From contig NC_043005.1 in the NCBI RefSeq assembly GCF_006345805.1, positions 74,834,001 to 74,898,000 of the forward strand: a stretch of DNA of 64,000 nt, written 5' to 3'. Numbering within the stretch: position 1 is the stretch's first letter; the number at the start of each line of letters is the position of its first letter. The stretch comes from Octopus sinensis (lineage: Eukaryota). Positions 23,727 through 36,639 of this stretch are shown here, piece after piece. A program made the translations under genes and the position numbers. Below the pieces are notes generated by a model. The model was not told where the DNA came from and did not search any database. It was given only the letters and a program-made list of their open reading frames with translations.

Positions 23727-24274
23727 CCTATGAACTTTGTTAAGACAATATTTTGTTTTCTTCTGGACGCGCTATATTTTACGAATGAAAGAAAGTCAAG
23801 GAAGTAAAGGTAAATAGCATCTCTTGAACTGAGAAGTGAAACCGTATCACCGTCGTCTCAGATTACTCAACAATACTCACCGATGTTACTCATTTCTAAA
23901 TGTTCAACATTGCAACAATACGATATTCTTTGTGCTGCAAATGCTACCAGAAGTAAGCTTCGGCAAAACAGGACTAAGACACCGTTTCAATTCCCAATTG
24001 CTAATAATATATCGTTGTAAATGCAGAATATATACCCGACTGAATAAAGTTACTGGTACTTTATTTAGTCTGGAAGCGATGGAAGGCAAAAGTTAAGACT
24101 GGTGAGATACAAAATTTGAAATCAAGACGGACAACTTATTTAATAACCAGTGATACTGAACTCTGTCCAACTTTTTTCGTTTCACCTAAAAATCAACCCT
24201 AAAAGCTGGCTAGATTCTGAAAATGACCAAAGAGCAACTCTATGGCGACCTCATCCCACTTGACTAACAAAATA

Positions 24275-24507
24275 TATTTCTTTACTACCCACAAGGGGCT
24301 AAACACAGAGGGGACAAACAAGGACAGACAAAGGGATTAAGTTGATTATATCGACCTCAGTGTTTCACTGGTACTTAATTTATCGACCCCGAAAGGATGA
24401 AAGGCAAAGTCGACCTCGGCGGAATTTGAACTCAGAACGTAGCGGCAGACGAAATACTGCTAAGCATTTCGCCCGGCGTGCTAACGTTTCTGTCAGCTCG
24501 CCGCCTT
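24275..24507 (-). mobile_element. Full-length SINE A1
   Basis: Matches 16086 and 49333 copies. Confidence 0.92.
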
Positions 24508-24544
24508 AGCAGAAAAACTATTGCAAATTACTGGGTAGTCTACG

Positions 24545-24740
24545 ACACCTTTAGTTATCGGCCAGCCTAGTCATCAATCACATAGGCACCGACTCCTGGG
24601 AGAATGAAGGCGCTCAATACTACGGATCCTGATGGAGGACAATAGTGGCACGACAGCTGATAAACTCAGGACAGCGATGATGAAACAGAATATGCGACAC
24701 ATCATGCCTAACACAAGTGCAAGATCTTGTTGGAAAACGA
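24545..24740 (+). mobile_element. RTE-clade LINE 3' fragment
   Basis: Translates to ILMEDNSGTTADKLRTAMMK, resembling the RTE C-terminal ELRTAM.DR motif. Confidence 0.45.
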
Positions 24741-24755
24741 AGATGGTGATATGAT

Positions 24756-24900
24756 CAGGGCCAGATTTATGGGGGTGCCAAATGTGTAAATGCCCCGGGC
24801 CCCCATCGACAATGGGCCCCCCTTAAATTGAGAGCTCCTTTCTACGAGGGATATGGTGCACTCGATACAGGGGGCCCCTTCACTTCCCAGCAATCTTGCA
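24756..24900 (+). mobile_element. hAT-like MITE end fragment
   Basis: CAGGGCCAGATTTATGGGGG terminus with GGGCCCC subterminal motifs. Confidence 0.35.
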
Positions 24901-25456
24901 TGAAGAGGCTATCTTCCAAAGATCTGGATTCTCTTTAATGATAAATAACCAAAGATTTTCTCCACTTTAGCGACAACAGTTTATAAAGTAAAAAAAAAAG
25001 CTAAAGAAAAGCGAATTCTACTTTAACGACACCAGTCCCTAAAAGTATGTGTGTGTTTGTTGTGTGTGTGAAGCTCATCTTTAAAAAACAATGTACACGA
25101 TAACATTTCCAATCAGTTAAGATCAGAATCCATTAGAGCCAGTGCTTGGCACCGCATTGCTTGTGGGTGTATATTGAGAAATAGACGGAAAAATAAGTTT
25201 TATTGTCTCTAGTTCAATTCCTGTGTTATTGTCTCCAGTTCAATGCGACTGACCAATGATGATCTCAAACTGACCGTTTCCAAATAAAGGGGTGCACACG
25301 CACATATTTATTTATTGCTAGATAAACAAAGAGGGGACACCCCAGCGCATAACGGGTACTTATTTTAATCGTATGAATTCCCCCCGCTAATTGGATTTTT
25401 CTGTTTGGCTGCCAAGATTCCAAAAATTAAGTTTATTGAAAATTTTAAAATTTGGT

Positions 25457-25876
25457 GGATCTTTTCGGTTTGAACGGCAGTTTTTAAAAATAATTTCCAC
25501 GTAACCAAACGCTCTTAAACTTCGTATACTGGTAGAATGTGTTTATAAAACATCTTTTTCTCTTGCCTTATTGAGAAAATTCTATAGTTTATAACATATT
25601 TGTTGTTTTTTTCTTCAATTTCTGCAATTTCAACCAATCAATGACGTCTATTGAGGTGAAAACATTCTGTGCCGTATGAATATGTCCCTCGTTTAAGAAA
25701 CAGATTGGGTTTATTTACATTTGTGAAGAAAAAAAGATACCCTTCCCCCACTCCTAACGCTAACCCTAACCCTAAAACAGATTGAAATGCAATAGATCGA
25801 TACTAGGAACATAATTATGGGCGACAATTTCATATGACACCGCTAGAAAAAACTGCCGTTCAAACAGAAAAGATCC
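25457..25876 (+). mobile_element. Merlin-type MITE
   Basis: TIRs as at 10253; perfect 8-bp TSD AATTTGGT. Confidence 0.9.
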
Positions 25877-27398
25877 AATTTGGTGAATCAATGTAGATTT
25901 CCGACCTGAATTGCTGAAGTTATTTCACTTTTTTCAAAAAAAAAAAAAAAAAAAAAAAATAGTTATAGAAGTTTAAATTGTGATCATTTTCAGCCAGTCA
26001 GGAAACAGAATTTGGAAGCTGTCACTTTGTGCGTGACTTCCCATTTTGTCAACATCATGAAAATAGCACTCGTGTTTTTATATGAAACCATAAACAAATG
26101 AATTACGCACGACATATAACCCCTCTCAATTAAGTAAAAAAAAATTTTGAAGTTTTGAGAAAAATTATTCTACACGTGGGTCTTTATACGATTATGCAAA
26201 AAAAGAGAGAAGAAAATAGTTGGGGTGCGCGATTTAAAGTCTATTTATCTGCTATTTTTAGCACACTTCACAACCACGTCAATGACGAAAAATCGAGTAA
26301 AGAACATGTATTTTGTAGTTTTAAGCATTCAGTATGCATTTAATGCGATAAACAGCACATTACAAATTAAATATTTCTCAAAAGAAACTTAGGGTAATTT
26401 TTTACTCGGTGTATGTGTATATGTATGTCTGAATGTATGTGTGTGTGTGTGTGTGTAAGTATGTGTATGTGTGTATGCATGTATGTATGGCCGATTCAGT
26501 GTAATTTTTTACTCGGTGTATGTGTATATGTGCTTCGTTAACTTCAAAAGAAATTCCCTCGTCATAAAATCGCTTCCTCTTAGTCTCTTTCGCTCTCATT
26601 ACTTCAAATGTTCCCGCAAGCCCATATGTAAAAAAATAATAGTTTTTTACGGAAATCATCGACGGAAACGTGCTACTACAAACGAAAGATCGCCGAAACG
26701 GCGAACTTATAGCACACAGTTAACAGATTTATCCAAAAACAAAATAGCACATTACAAATTACATATTTTAAAAAATCAAACACCGGGTAACGGAGCAAGT
26801 CCTCTGCCCAAGTGTAGGACAAACCTCTACCTAGAACAAAACCTCCTCGGACAAAACCCCCATAGTTAAAGTATAAAAGCGAACAAAACCCCCTCGGTTA
26901 TATTTTTCGGTTATTTTTCGTTTTTTCCCTCCTTTTACTTGTTTCAGTCATTAGTCTGTGGCCATGCTGGGGTACCGCCTTGAAGATTTTTAGTTGAACG
27001 TATCGCCCCCAGAATTTTTGTGTCCCTTTTACTTGTTGCCGTTATTAGACTGTGGCCATGCTGGGGCACCATCTCGAAGAATTTTTAGACGACTGTATGG
27101 AACCCAGAACTTTTTTTAAGCCAGGTCAAAATCACCTCTATGATATATTTCGTTTTTCGTTTGTTTTTTTTTTCCCCTTTATACCTGTTAAATCATTAGA
27201 CTGCAGTAATGATGGGGCACCGCTTTGAAGAATTTCTAGTCGAATGTATCAACCCCAGAATTTTTGTTAGGTGATTTTCGACCAGCGCTTCAAGTTAAGT
27301 CTAGAAGGTCTCTCCACATGCTAGAAATAACAGTCAAATCTCTTGAATTTTTTTTTACAATTTCACATAAACGAAAATAAAACAAAAACAAAATTTGG

Positions 27399-27814
27399 GG
27401 ATCTTTTCGGTTTGAACGGCAGTTTTTTCTAGCCGTGTCATATGAAATTGTCACCCATAATTATGACCCTAGAATCGATCTATTGCATTTCAACCTCTTT
27501 TAGGGTTAGGGTTAGGGGTGGGGGAAGGGTATCTTTTTTCTTCACAAATGTAAATGAACCCAATCTGTTTCTTAAACGAGGGACATATTCATACGGCACA
27601 GAATGCTTTTTAACTCAATAGACGTCATTGATTGGCTGAAATAGCAAAAATTGAAGGAAAAAAAACAACAAATATCTTACAAACTATAGAATTTTCTCAA
27701 TAAAGCCAAGAGAAAAAGATGTTTTATAAACACATTCTACGAGTATACGAAGTTTAAAATGTTTTAGTTACCTAGAAATTATGTTAAAAACTGCCGTTCA
27801 AACCGAAAAGATCT
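27399..27814 (-). mobile_element. Merlin-type MITE, inverted
   Basis: Reverse complement of the 25457 copy; TSD AAATTTGG/AAATTTTG. Confidence 0.88.
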
Positions 27815-28094
27815 AAATTTTGTGAGCGATACGATAGAGAGATAAAGTAGAAAGATTTTTTATTTTTTTAATGCGACTTCAATGTGTTTCAGAATGTGGA
27901 ATACAATAAAATAACGAAGCGTCAGACAGCTATTCCGTCCCAGAAAAATACTTCTTCAATATTTGGCGGAGTTCTGATCGAAGTCCACCATTTAACCCTA
28001 ACCTACCATTTGTCAAGTCATAACTTTTCTTATTTTTTGGTATTTTCACAATTTTTTTGCGAATTTGCGTTCTACACACTGTAGAATCTTGCAT

Positions 28095-28505
28095 GATTAC
28101 TCTTTTACTCTTTTACTTGTTTCAGTGATTTGACTGTGGCCATGCTGGAGCACCGCCTTTAGTCGAGCAAATCGACCCCAGGACTTATTTTCTGGAAGCC
28201 TATTATTTAATCTATCGGTCTCTTTTGCCGAACCGCTAAGTTACGGGGACGTAAACACACCACCATCGGTTGTCAAGCGATATTGTGGGGGACAAACACA
28301 GACACACAAACACATACACACATACATATATATATACATATATACGACGGGCTTCTTTCAGTTTCCCTCTACAAAATCCACTCACAAGGCTTTGGTCGGC
28401 CCGAGGCTATAGTAGAAGACACTTGCCCAAGGTGCCACTCAGTGGTAACGAACCCGGAACCATGTGGTTGAAAAGCAAGCTACTTACCACACAGCCACTC
28501 CTGCA
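28095..28505 (-). mobile_element. Full-length SINE B
   Basis: Reverse complement of the 16866 copy. Confidence 0.9.
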
Positions 28506-30049
28506 CCTGATTGTGCAAAAATATTTAAAACATGTTTTTCATCCCTTCCTCAAATCCTAAAATTTTTCGGGAAAGAGTTGTTTGGTTGGTGAGAGGGGGT
28601 TCTTACAATGAAGATATGTTATGAAGAGTTCGTTTTGATTTAGGGGCATGTAAGAGAAACGGCGTCTGTAGTAGTAATAACTGATGTTTCACTGCCACTA
28701 GATTCAATAAATTGAAACCAACAGCAATGGGGAATGTACAAAAACTAACTGGATTATCTTGATTTATACTGTCTTATTTTCTTCCAATTCTACTTTAATA
28801 AGTTAACAAAATGATGCCGTTGAAAAATGATATGTAAACTAGCTTAAGGTAACCTGCTCTACGCGCGGGTGAGGGTGTGGTTGTTACTTTCTGTTGATTC
28901 CTTTCTGTTTCTTATCGCCTCTCCTTTCTCTCTCACTTTCTCACTCTCTTACTCTTCTTTTCTCTCGGACTCTCCCTCGCTTTCTCTTACTCTCTATATT
29001 TCTCTATCTCTCTCTCGCCCATTTATAAAAAGCAAAAGATCTTGATTAAGTTGAGAAAGAAAATATTTTGAAAGATCAGTTATAAATATCAGACAGTAAC
29101 AACGGAAAGCACACTTGCCTTTTGTACGTGCCACTATTTGAGCGATTAAAAATAAGGAAAAAAAGGGTTTCTTTGTTAAATTTAGTACTTATTTTGGGAA
29201 TTTTTCGACGATTGACCATGCAAACGAAAGCTCTAAACACAGGCTACATGCAGCTGTAAATTTCTTTCAGAAAAAATGGAAACTATAAACAATCAAAAAT
29301 AAAAGGCAAAAATACGTAAAAATGAAAAATTTTTTCAACTTCAAAAATCTTGCCTTAATTTTCAAAATTTCGAACCCATTTTCCGCGCTTAAATTACAAA
29401 TCCGCTTCCACTTTACCATGTTGAAAATTTGATTGAAATCGGGCAAAAGGTGTCCAATCTAGACCCCCAAGTGTCCCCAAAAATCAATAAAATCCCTGTT
29501 TTCACAGCAAAGCAATCACTGTAGCGCCCCAAAAGTCTCCCAATCAATTTCTCACCTCAAGTTACCCCCTCCTGTAAATTTTAATCCTCTTCCAGCCCCT
29601 TTTAGATCCCTTTTTACATAAAAAATCCAACTTGTATCAACGTTCGCCTTCTTCATTTTATAGATTAGAAAAAGAAATCTATAATAATATCCTACTTCTT
29701 TACATTAACCTTTTCGTTTTGGTCATTCAGGGTAGTCAAGTTCCTTTTATGCCATTCACCATTTTTGTTGGTTTCATTTTCATTTATATTTTACCCAATA
29801 TGACGGCAAAACAAAAGATCGCCTTAATTTTTTGAATATAATCTATGATTTTGTTTTCTATTAATATATTTCGATTTTTAAAAAAATATTCAAAAATATC
29901 TCTGTCTTTAATTTTTTGATGTACTACAGTTTGTTATTACTGTTATTTTCGTGTTGTTTTTTTAAAAAAGGAAGTATAGTTTTATCTGATGTTGCTTACC
30001 ATATCATTTCCACTTTTGCAAAAATTTCACAGATAACAGTGGTTTAGAA

Positions 30050-30308
30050 CCTGTCACTGTTGCTGGAGCTATCCTGATACTTTCTCTTCTAAACAATTTT
30101 GTTTTCAATTTTGTTTACAATAATGTTTTCTTTTGACACATTCTACCAGTATACGAAGTTTCAAATTTTTTAGTTAACTAGGAAAATCTGGCCTTCAAAA
30201 TGAAAAGATCCCATTGAAATACAAAAGATCGATAATAGGGTCATAATTATGGGTGACAATTTCATATGACACCGCTAGAAAAAACTGCCGTTCAAACCGA
30301 AAAGATCC
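30050..30308. mobile_element. Rearranged Merlin-MITE ends (diverged inverted left end fused to a young right end)
   Basis: CACATTCTACCAGTATACGAAGTTT...AAAAGATCC at 30211, then GGGTCATAATTATGGGTGAC...AAACCGAAAAGATCC at 30308. Confidence 0.65.
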
Positions 30309-31615
30309 CATGATTTACAGGGAAAATGATTTTCACATCATTCATTAGCCAATAAAAGTGTATCATTACACTGAATATGAAATTAATTCGAACAGAATTG
30401 ATGCTGGCAGCCAAATCGACTAGATCCATGACAGCTAAATCTCCCTCAAATCATACACCGCCTTCCTAGAAAAAGTACACCGGTTAATGCGATCCTATTT
30501 GCACTATAATTCTGATATAAAAATAAATAAATAAAACGAGGCAGGATTGCTACAGCTGGAATGCCTTTGATCGTCTGTCTACTCGGCCAGGACTGAACTG
30601 GCTCTAAACAATAAGAATAATGATTAAAAATAACACAGTTTCATCCATTCTTTCCCCCACCTTCCATCCTTTTTCCTATTTGCTCAGTTTCTCTCTTCTC
30701 TTTCTCTCTATCTCGTTCCTACTTCCTTTCTTTGTTTTCTTTCCTTTTGGTCTGTTTTTCTTTACTTCTGTAAACAAATGTTGGTGGCAGAAAGTGAGAG
30801 AGAGAGAGAGAGGGGGTAGATAAGGCTAATAAGACAAGGAAGGAGAGATTCTGTGTGTGTATGTGTGTGAGAGAGTGAGTTTGTGAATGCAGAAGTATGA
30901 GTGAGTCAGTGTGACAACAAACAGAAACGAAAGTAAACATTAACATTAACAAAACAAGAATGACAGGGAGTGGACAAGCCTTTCCTCTCGTTTTTAGCAG
31001 TATCGTACTTAAAAACGATTTAGCTTCAAGTAAAACGCCTAAGCAGCGTACGTTCTTTACACAAAGAAAACGATTTGTATTAATCGTTCTGAGTCTTTGG
31101 CAACCATTGAGTGAACCAAGTTCCGTTGACGAGGTCCAATAAGTGTAAACATGGCTGGAGTCGTTGCCCATGTAGCCAAAGCTCAAGTACACTTCCTACC
31201 ATATGAATATCTCTATTTGATTTTATGGAGGGTGGGGTAACACATCCCAGCCGAGCTGCAGCAATTTTTGTTTGGTCCCCAGAGCATCAAGTGCCAAAAA
31301 TGAACTTTCTTATCTTCCATTTTAAAGGGTTACAGAATTAACACAGGTTATAGGAACATAAACCTTCTTCCACGAAAAGATAGCTTAAACTATAATCTAA
31401 ATGGAGGTGTAGTCAAATCCTATTTTATGGACTCAACCACGTTCTAAAATAAGTCGAAAGGGAAGCTACTATAAATCGGCACGAACTTTACGGACAACCC
31501 AATATTAATTTATTATATGATATCAAAATTTTCGTTGATCGAAAACTACGGCCAAGTAAAACTTTTGTCAGTGAACAGGTCGAGCGACGAAAAAGTTTGA
31601 CACTATATTGCAAGT

Positions 31616-31662
31616 AAATATTTGAGTGAAGTTGACAATCTTCACTCAAATATTTGAGTGAA
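31616..31662. repeat. Triple foldback quasi-palindrome
   Basis: 16-bp arms 31616-31631 / 31640-31655 overlapping a perfect 22-bp palindrome 31641-31662. Confidence 0.8.
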
Positions 31663-32169
31663 TATTTGCTGCAATCGATTTACTCTGTAATTATTCACTT
31701 CATACATTATTTCAGTCAATAAGTTCTGATACTCTTTCCGAAAGTAATTCTCCAAATCTTAATCTTTTTAAAAAAGTTTTTTGGCCTTCGACTTTTATCA
31801 GAAACACAGACATGGCTGTGTCGTTAACAAGTTTGCTTTACTTCTTCTTGAATTCGGGTTCTATCTCACTGCGCGGTCTTAGGCAAGTGTATTCTACAAA
31901 AACTATGGGCTGACCAATGCCTTGTGAGTAAATTTGGTAGACGGAAACTGAATGAATCTGAATGGAAGCCCGTCGTATATGCGTGTGTGCAATTTGGCAG
32001 CCGGTGTAAGTTTACTTACGTCCTCATATCTTACCATTTCAGCAAAAGAAACTGATGAAATAGGTACAAGACTTAAAGCAAACAAACGAATACTAAATCC
32101 TTCAAGACGATGCCCCAGTATGGTCGCAGTCCATACTGACCTAGGGCTAGATAGCAGCCCCAACAATAA

Positions 32170-32750
32170 TCATATAGATAGAAATATTATTATTTCTAAA
32201 CCTCTCAAAGAGAGATATTCAGCAACAGTACATTAAAGTAAAGGCTATTTGCCAACATAATGTGGCAGTCCTGGGTGGGACGAATGTTACTGTTGTTTAG
32301 CCCCAGGAAACGTCGTTTCCAGCTGGCTATACGACACAATATCTGTGCCCTTATATTTTCGGACAGGGGAGCTCAGCACCCCCATCCAGCACAAAGCAAC
32401 ATCTGTGGATAGGTTTCTGGGTTATTGCTCTTTATCAGCACAAAGCTGCTCGGCTAGACGGCGCTGCTGAATTCCCGTTCGAAAATATATAATTTTCAAA
32501 GTGACACGCAGACACTGATCTAATAAACAGAAACATTATTATTTCTAAATCTTTCAAAGAGAGATATTTAGCAACAGTACTTTAAAGTAAAGACTATTTG
32601 CCAACATAATGTGGCAGTCGTGAATGGGACGAATGTTATTGTTGTTTAGTCCCAGGAAACGTCGTTTTCAGCTAGCTATATGACACAATATCTGTGTCCT
32701 TATATTTTCGAACAGGGGAGCTCAGCACCCCATCCAGAACAAAGCAACAT
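32170..32750 (-). mobile_element. Retrozyme-like head-to-tail tandem (349-bp period) with a decayed hammerhead
   Basis: GAAA(T/C)ATTATTATTTCTAAA at 32181 and 32530; minus-strand TGTG-CTGATAA-...-GAAACCTATC-CACA at 32403-32443. Confidence 0.6.
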
Positions 32751-33051
32751 ATAATTTATTTTCTAATTATTCTCTTTGTAATACACTAATTCATTCTACA
32801 GATTCCGATGCTATTTCCAAAGGTAATTTTCCATATCTTAATCTCAATCTGTTTTCTACCTTTGGGTTTTATTATACTTTGTATAGTTAACAAAAGACAC
32901 ACGAATTAAATCGTGTTTTTAATCAATTATAGATTTACATCTAGAGCAGATGGCTTTGTATGAATTTAGGTGCTTTTGAAAAACACATGCTTCATTTTAG
33001 ACACCAGTAGTTTTCAAAATTTGCCCAAAGAAGAGGAACAAGAAGCAAAGT

Positions 33052-33084
<33 letters not shown>

Positions 33085-33085
<1 letters not shown>

Positions 33086-33305
33086 AATATTAAATGCGCC
33101 CTTTTAAAGCCTAGCCAGGCTCATGGACCCGGTTTCCCGGTTTCAATGGCATATGTGTTCCCCAGCTGGAGGAGACGCCAGTCCATCACAGCGTTACTCA
33201 TTTTTGCCAGCTGAGTGGACTGGAGCAACGTGAAATGAAGTTCTTTGCTTAAGAACACAACGATCATGATGCTGACATCCTAACCACTACGCCACGCACC
33301 TCCAC
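33085..33305 (-). mobile_element. SINE family D with internal deletion
   Basis: Reverse complement of the 18436 monomers. Confidence 0.85.
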
Positions 33306-33325
33306 TATATATATATATATATATA

Positions 33326-33360
<35 letters not shown>

Positions 33361-33361
33361 T

Positions 33362-33700
33362 ATCTTTTACTTTTTCAGTCATTAGATTGCGGCCATGCTG
33401 GGGTGTCGCCTTGAAGAATTTATAGTCGAATGTATCGACCCCGGTACATTTTGTAAGCTTGGTACTTATTCTATCGATCGCCTTTGTCGAACCGCTAGGT
33501 TATAGGGACATAAACACACCAAAACCGGTTGTCAAGTGGTGGAGGGAGGACAAAGACATACATACATATGACAGGATTCTTTCAGTTTCCGTCTACCAAA
33601 TCCACTCACAAGGCTTTTATCGGTGCCACGCAGTGATACAGAACCCGGAACCATGTGGTTGGGAAGCAAGCTGCTTACTACATAGCCACACATGTGCCTA
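33362..33700 (-). mobile_element. SINE B, diverged
   Basis: Family B head and tail motifs. Confidence 0.8.
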
Positions 33701-33719
33701 TATATATATATATGTATTA

Positions 33720-34056
33720 TATTAAATTAGAGATAAAACCACTATTAGGCAAATCATACGATGAAAAACTTAAGCCAATACATAAGATTATTTAATTTAT
33801 ATTACTTAAATATATAACAAAATTATTTAAAAAATATAATTAATATAACACTACGATCGTTTCATGGCTGTTAATTTCTTTAAATTTTCGAGTTACAGTC
33901 ATTCATCAGGTGGTTTAAATATCTTTAAATCTTCGGGAGAAACGTAATCATAAATGATTGCTTCGGCATCCATGATAATATAATATTTTACTATAAAATT
34001 GGATTCAATCCTAAATCTGATTTTTCCCTGTAAGTTTGGATTTATTCCCTAATATC

Positions 34057-34060
<4 letters not shown>
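33720..34060 (-). mobile_element. Penelope-like LTR remnant between TA microsatellites
   Basis: Contains the hammerhead at 33847; end CTGATTTTTCCCTGTAAGTTTGGATTTATTCCCT resembles 41205-41250. Confidence 0.5.
33847..33915 (-). ncRNA. Type I hammerhead ribozyme motif with long stem II
   Basis: Minus strand: CAC-CTGATGA-ATGACTGT..ACAGCCAT-GAAACGATCGT-A-GTG; palindrome ACGATCGT; predicted GUA cleavage. Confidence 0.7.
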
Positions 34061-34146
<86 letters not shown>

Positions 34147-34699
34147 CTTTACTACCCACAAGGGGCTAAACACAGAGGGGACAAACAAGGACAGACAAAC
34201 GGATTAAGTCGATTACATCGATCCCAGTGCATACACACACATGCACACAGTAGAACCTTGCAGTACGAATGCACCATTGTACGAGCCGAGGCTCGTGCGA
34301 ATTTTTGTCTTGAAGTACGCGCGGAAATCCGCAGTACGAGCTCACAAATCGCCCCCTCGTTAAGGTAATTCAGTTAATAAAACCGGTTTATATATTTCTT
34401 TTGCATTCTCTTTTTTATAATTGTCATTTTACTTGTAACTACATAACTACACCTTTTCTGTTTTAAAACCCATATAAAATTATTTTTGAGTGGTTTTGTC
34501 TTGGTGATTATATTAAAGTTTCTGAGAATTGGACGGTAGATAGGTACAGATGGTGGATAACAAAGACGCTTCTCATCTTACTTTCAGAATCTGTGTCTGC
34601 ATCTTCTCTGGCAAGTAATTTGCACAGACATATCCAATAACTGATATACGGTTGAGCCACAAATATAGCACAAGAATTGTCAGCGGTAAAAACACTCAA

Positions 34700-35340
34700 T
34701 GAAGCATGAATACGAACTACCACTTCATTGGACCTGGTAAATGTGTGGCCAGGGACTGTTGCACTCATATTTATTCTTGGCTGAAATGTTTATCCCCTTC
34801 TCTGGGCACTTCATATTAGAAGTTTCGGACAGACGCATCAGGATCTCACATTTTAAAGAATGTCGTTTATTTGGTTCTAAGTGGAAACTGTATTCGCTGT
34901 AGCGTTGTTTCTCTAAAGAAAACTCTTTAGCCACTCCCCAAACGGACCTCCAGATGCATAGCACTAGTTCTGAATCTCCCACATAACCTCATTGTTGCTG
35001 ATGTAACGACCTCTCTGAAAGCTGACTACCTCATCATGTCTAATTTCTTCACTCCTCAGCCTAAATATTCCCAGGTCACTACTTTTGTTGATATACTTCT
35101 AGACATACTTGATAGATCTGACTGAGTAGTCTTCAAGGTCGAGGCGAGCTTGGGAAATGCGTAAAAGGAAACGTTTTAATGGTTTTACACCCTGGTCGTC
35201 ATGATAATTTCTTGTTGCACAGTGCAATGAGAGTGACAGTGTAAGCCTCCATTCCTCGGGTTTCTACTCCTTTACAAAGAATACCCATCCTCATCTGTAG
35301 GAATTTCTTGAAGAAGAGACTTGGGATATCATATATGGGC
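34700..35340 (-). mobile_element. Possible very old RTE LINE remnant
   Basis: Weak translated similarity (RISQARL, QIYQVCL, ISNNEVM) to the post-RT region of RTE elements. Confidence 0.25.
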
Positions 35341-35447
35341 ATCTTCCTACTTTCATGCAAGGAATGTTAAGGTAATAAAATGGGCTATTTTACGCATGTA
35401 CATCTCTCTCGTTCTGCTCACTTTCTATATATGGTATAGTTTGTTGT

Positions 35448-35830
35448 GTGGAGGCGCAATGGCCAATGGTTAGGGCAGCGGACTCGCGGTCATAGGATCG
35501 CGGTTTCAATTCCCAGACCGGGCGTTGTGAGTGTTTATTGAGCGAAAACACCTAAAGCTCCACGAGGCTCCGGCAGAGGATGGTGGTGATCCCTGCTGTA
35601 CTCTTTCACCACAACTTTCTTTCACTCTTACTTCCTGTTTCTGTTGTACCTGTATTTCAAAGGGCCGGCCTTGTCACTCTCTGTGTTACGCTGAATATCC
35701 CCGAGAACTACGTTAAGGGTACACGTGTCTGTGGAGTGCTCAGCCACTTACACGTTAATTTCACGAGCAGGCTGTTCCGTTGATTCGGATCAACCGGAAC
35801 CCTCGTCGTCGTAACCGACGGAGTGCTTCC
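35448..35830 (+). mobile_element. Full-length SINE family C
   Basis: Head TGGAGGCGCAATGGCC(A/C)A(T/G)GGTTAGG..GGTTTC(A/G)ATTCC with A/B-box-like motifs; matches 56309. Confidence 0.9.
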
Positions 35831-35976
35831 ATAGTTTGTTGTATAGCATATATCTATATCTATACATAAACATATATATATGTACATTCATGAATGCTTG
35901 CGTTTATGCATATACGCATGTATCTATCTATATATATTTGTAGTTGTTAGTACGCATGTATGCAGATGTATGCGTG

Positions 35977-36025
<49 letters not shown>

Positions 36026-36361
36026 CGGTGAGCTGACAAAATGCTTAGCGGGCATTTCTTCTAGCTCATCGCGTTTTGAGTTCAAATCCCGCTAAGGTCA
36101 ACTTTGCCTTTGACCCCTTCAGGGTCGATAAAATAAGTTACCCGTGGGGGGGGGTCAGTGTAAGTGACTTGACCCACCCCCCATTAAATTACTGGCCGTA
36201 AAGCCTTCAACTGAACGAAATGCTTTTATTTCGGTCACTCATACGTCATGAAAATAGAATAACTGGCCTTATTAATCATTGGGCTCGAGAACAAATGAAA
36301 ATATATACATCCATGTTCCATACACGCGCGTGTGCCTGTATACACGTGTGTGTGTATGTAT

Positions 36362-36404
<43 letters not shown>

Positions 36405-36532
36405 CACACACACGCACACACACACACACACACCACACACACACACTTCCGAGTAAGCACATAAATGCGAAATAAGGTGGAAAAAATAGTACCCGAATAC
36501 CAGAGGTAGAGTAATATGCTTTATTAAAAAGC

Positions 36533-36569
36533 AGTCCGACGAACGGGAACGTGAAACTCTGAGTAACAG
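36533..36569 (+). ncRNA. Variant hammerhead motif (CCGACGA core) inside a foldback
   Basis: CCGACGA-ACG.GGAA.CGT-GAAACTCTGAGT-A-ACAG; flanked by 22-bp inverted arms 36513-36534 / 36587-36608. Confidence 0.5.
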
Positions 36570-36602
36570 TTTTTGCGATACTTTTGCTGCTTTTTAATAA
36601 AG

Positions 36603-36635
<33 letters not shown>

Positions 36636-36639
36636 ATCA

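Noticed and set aside
28840-29600. Possible Kolobok or piggyBac element starting TTAA-GG
   Set aside because: No matching right terminal inverted repeat or TTAA could be found.
35448-35520. tRNA-like sequences with A and B boxes
   Set aside because: They continue into SINE bodies and lack a complete cloverleaf; these are SINE heads, not tRNA genes.
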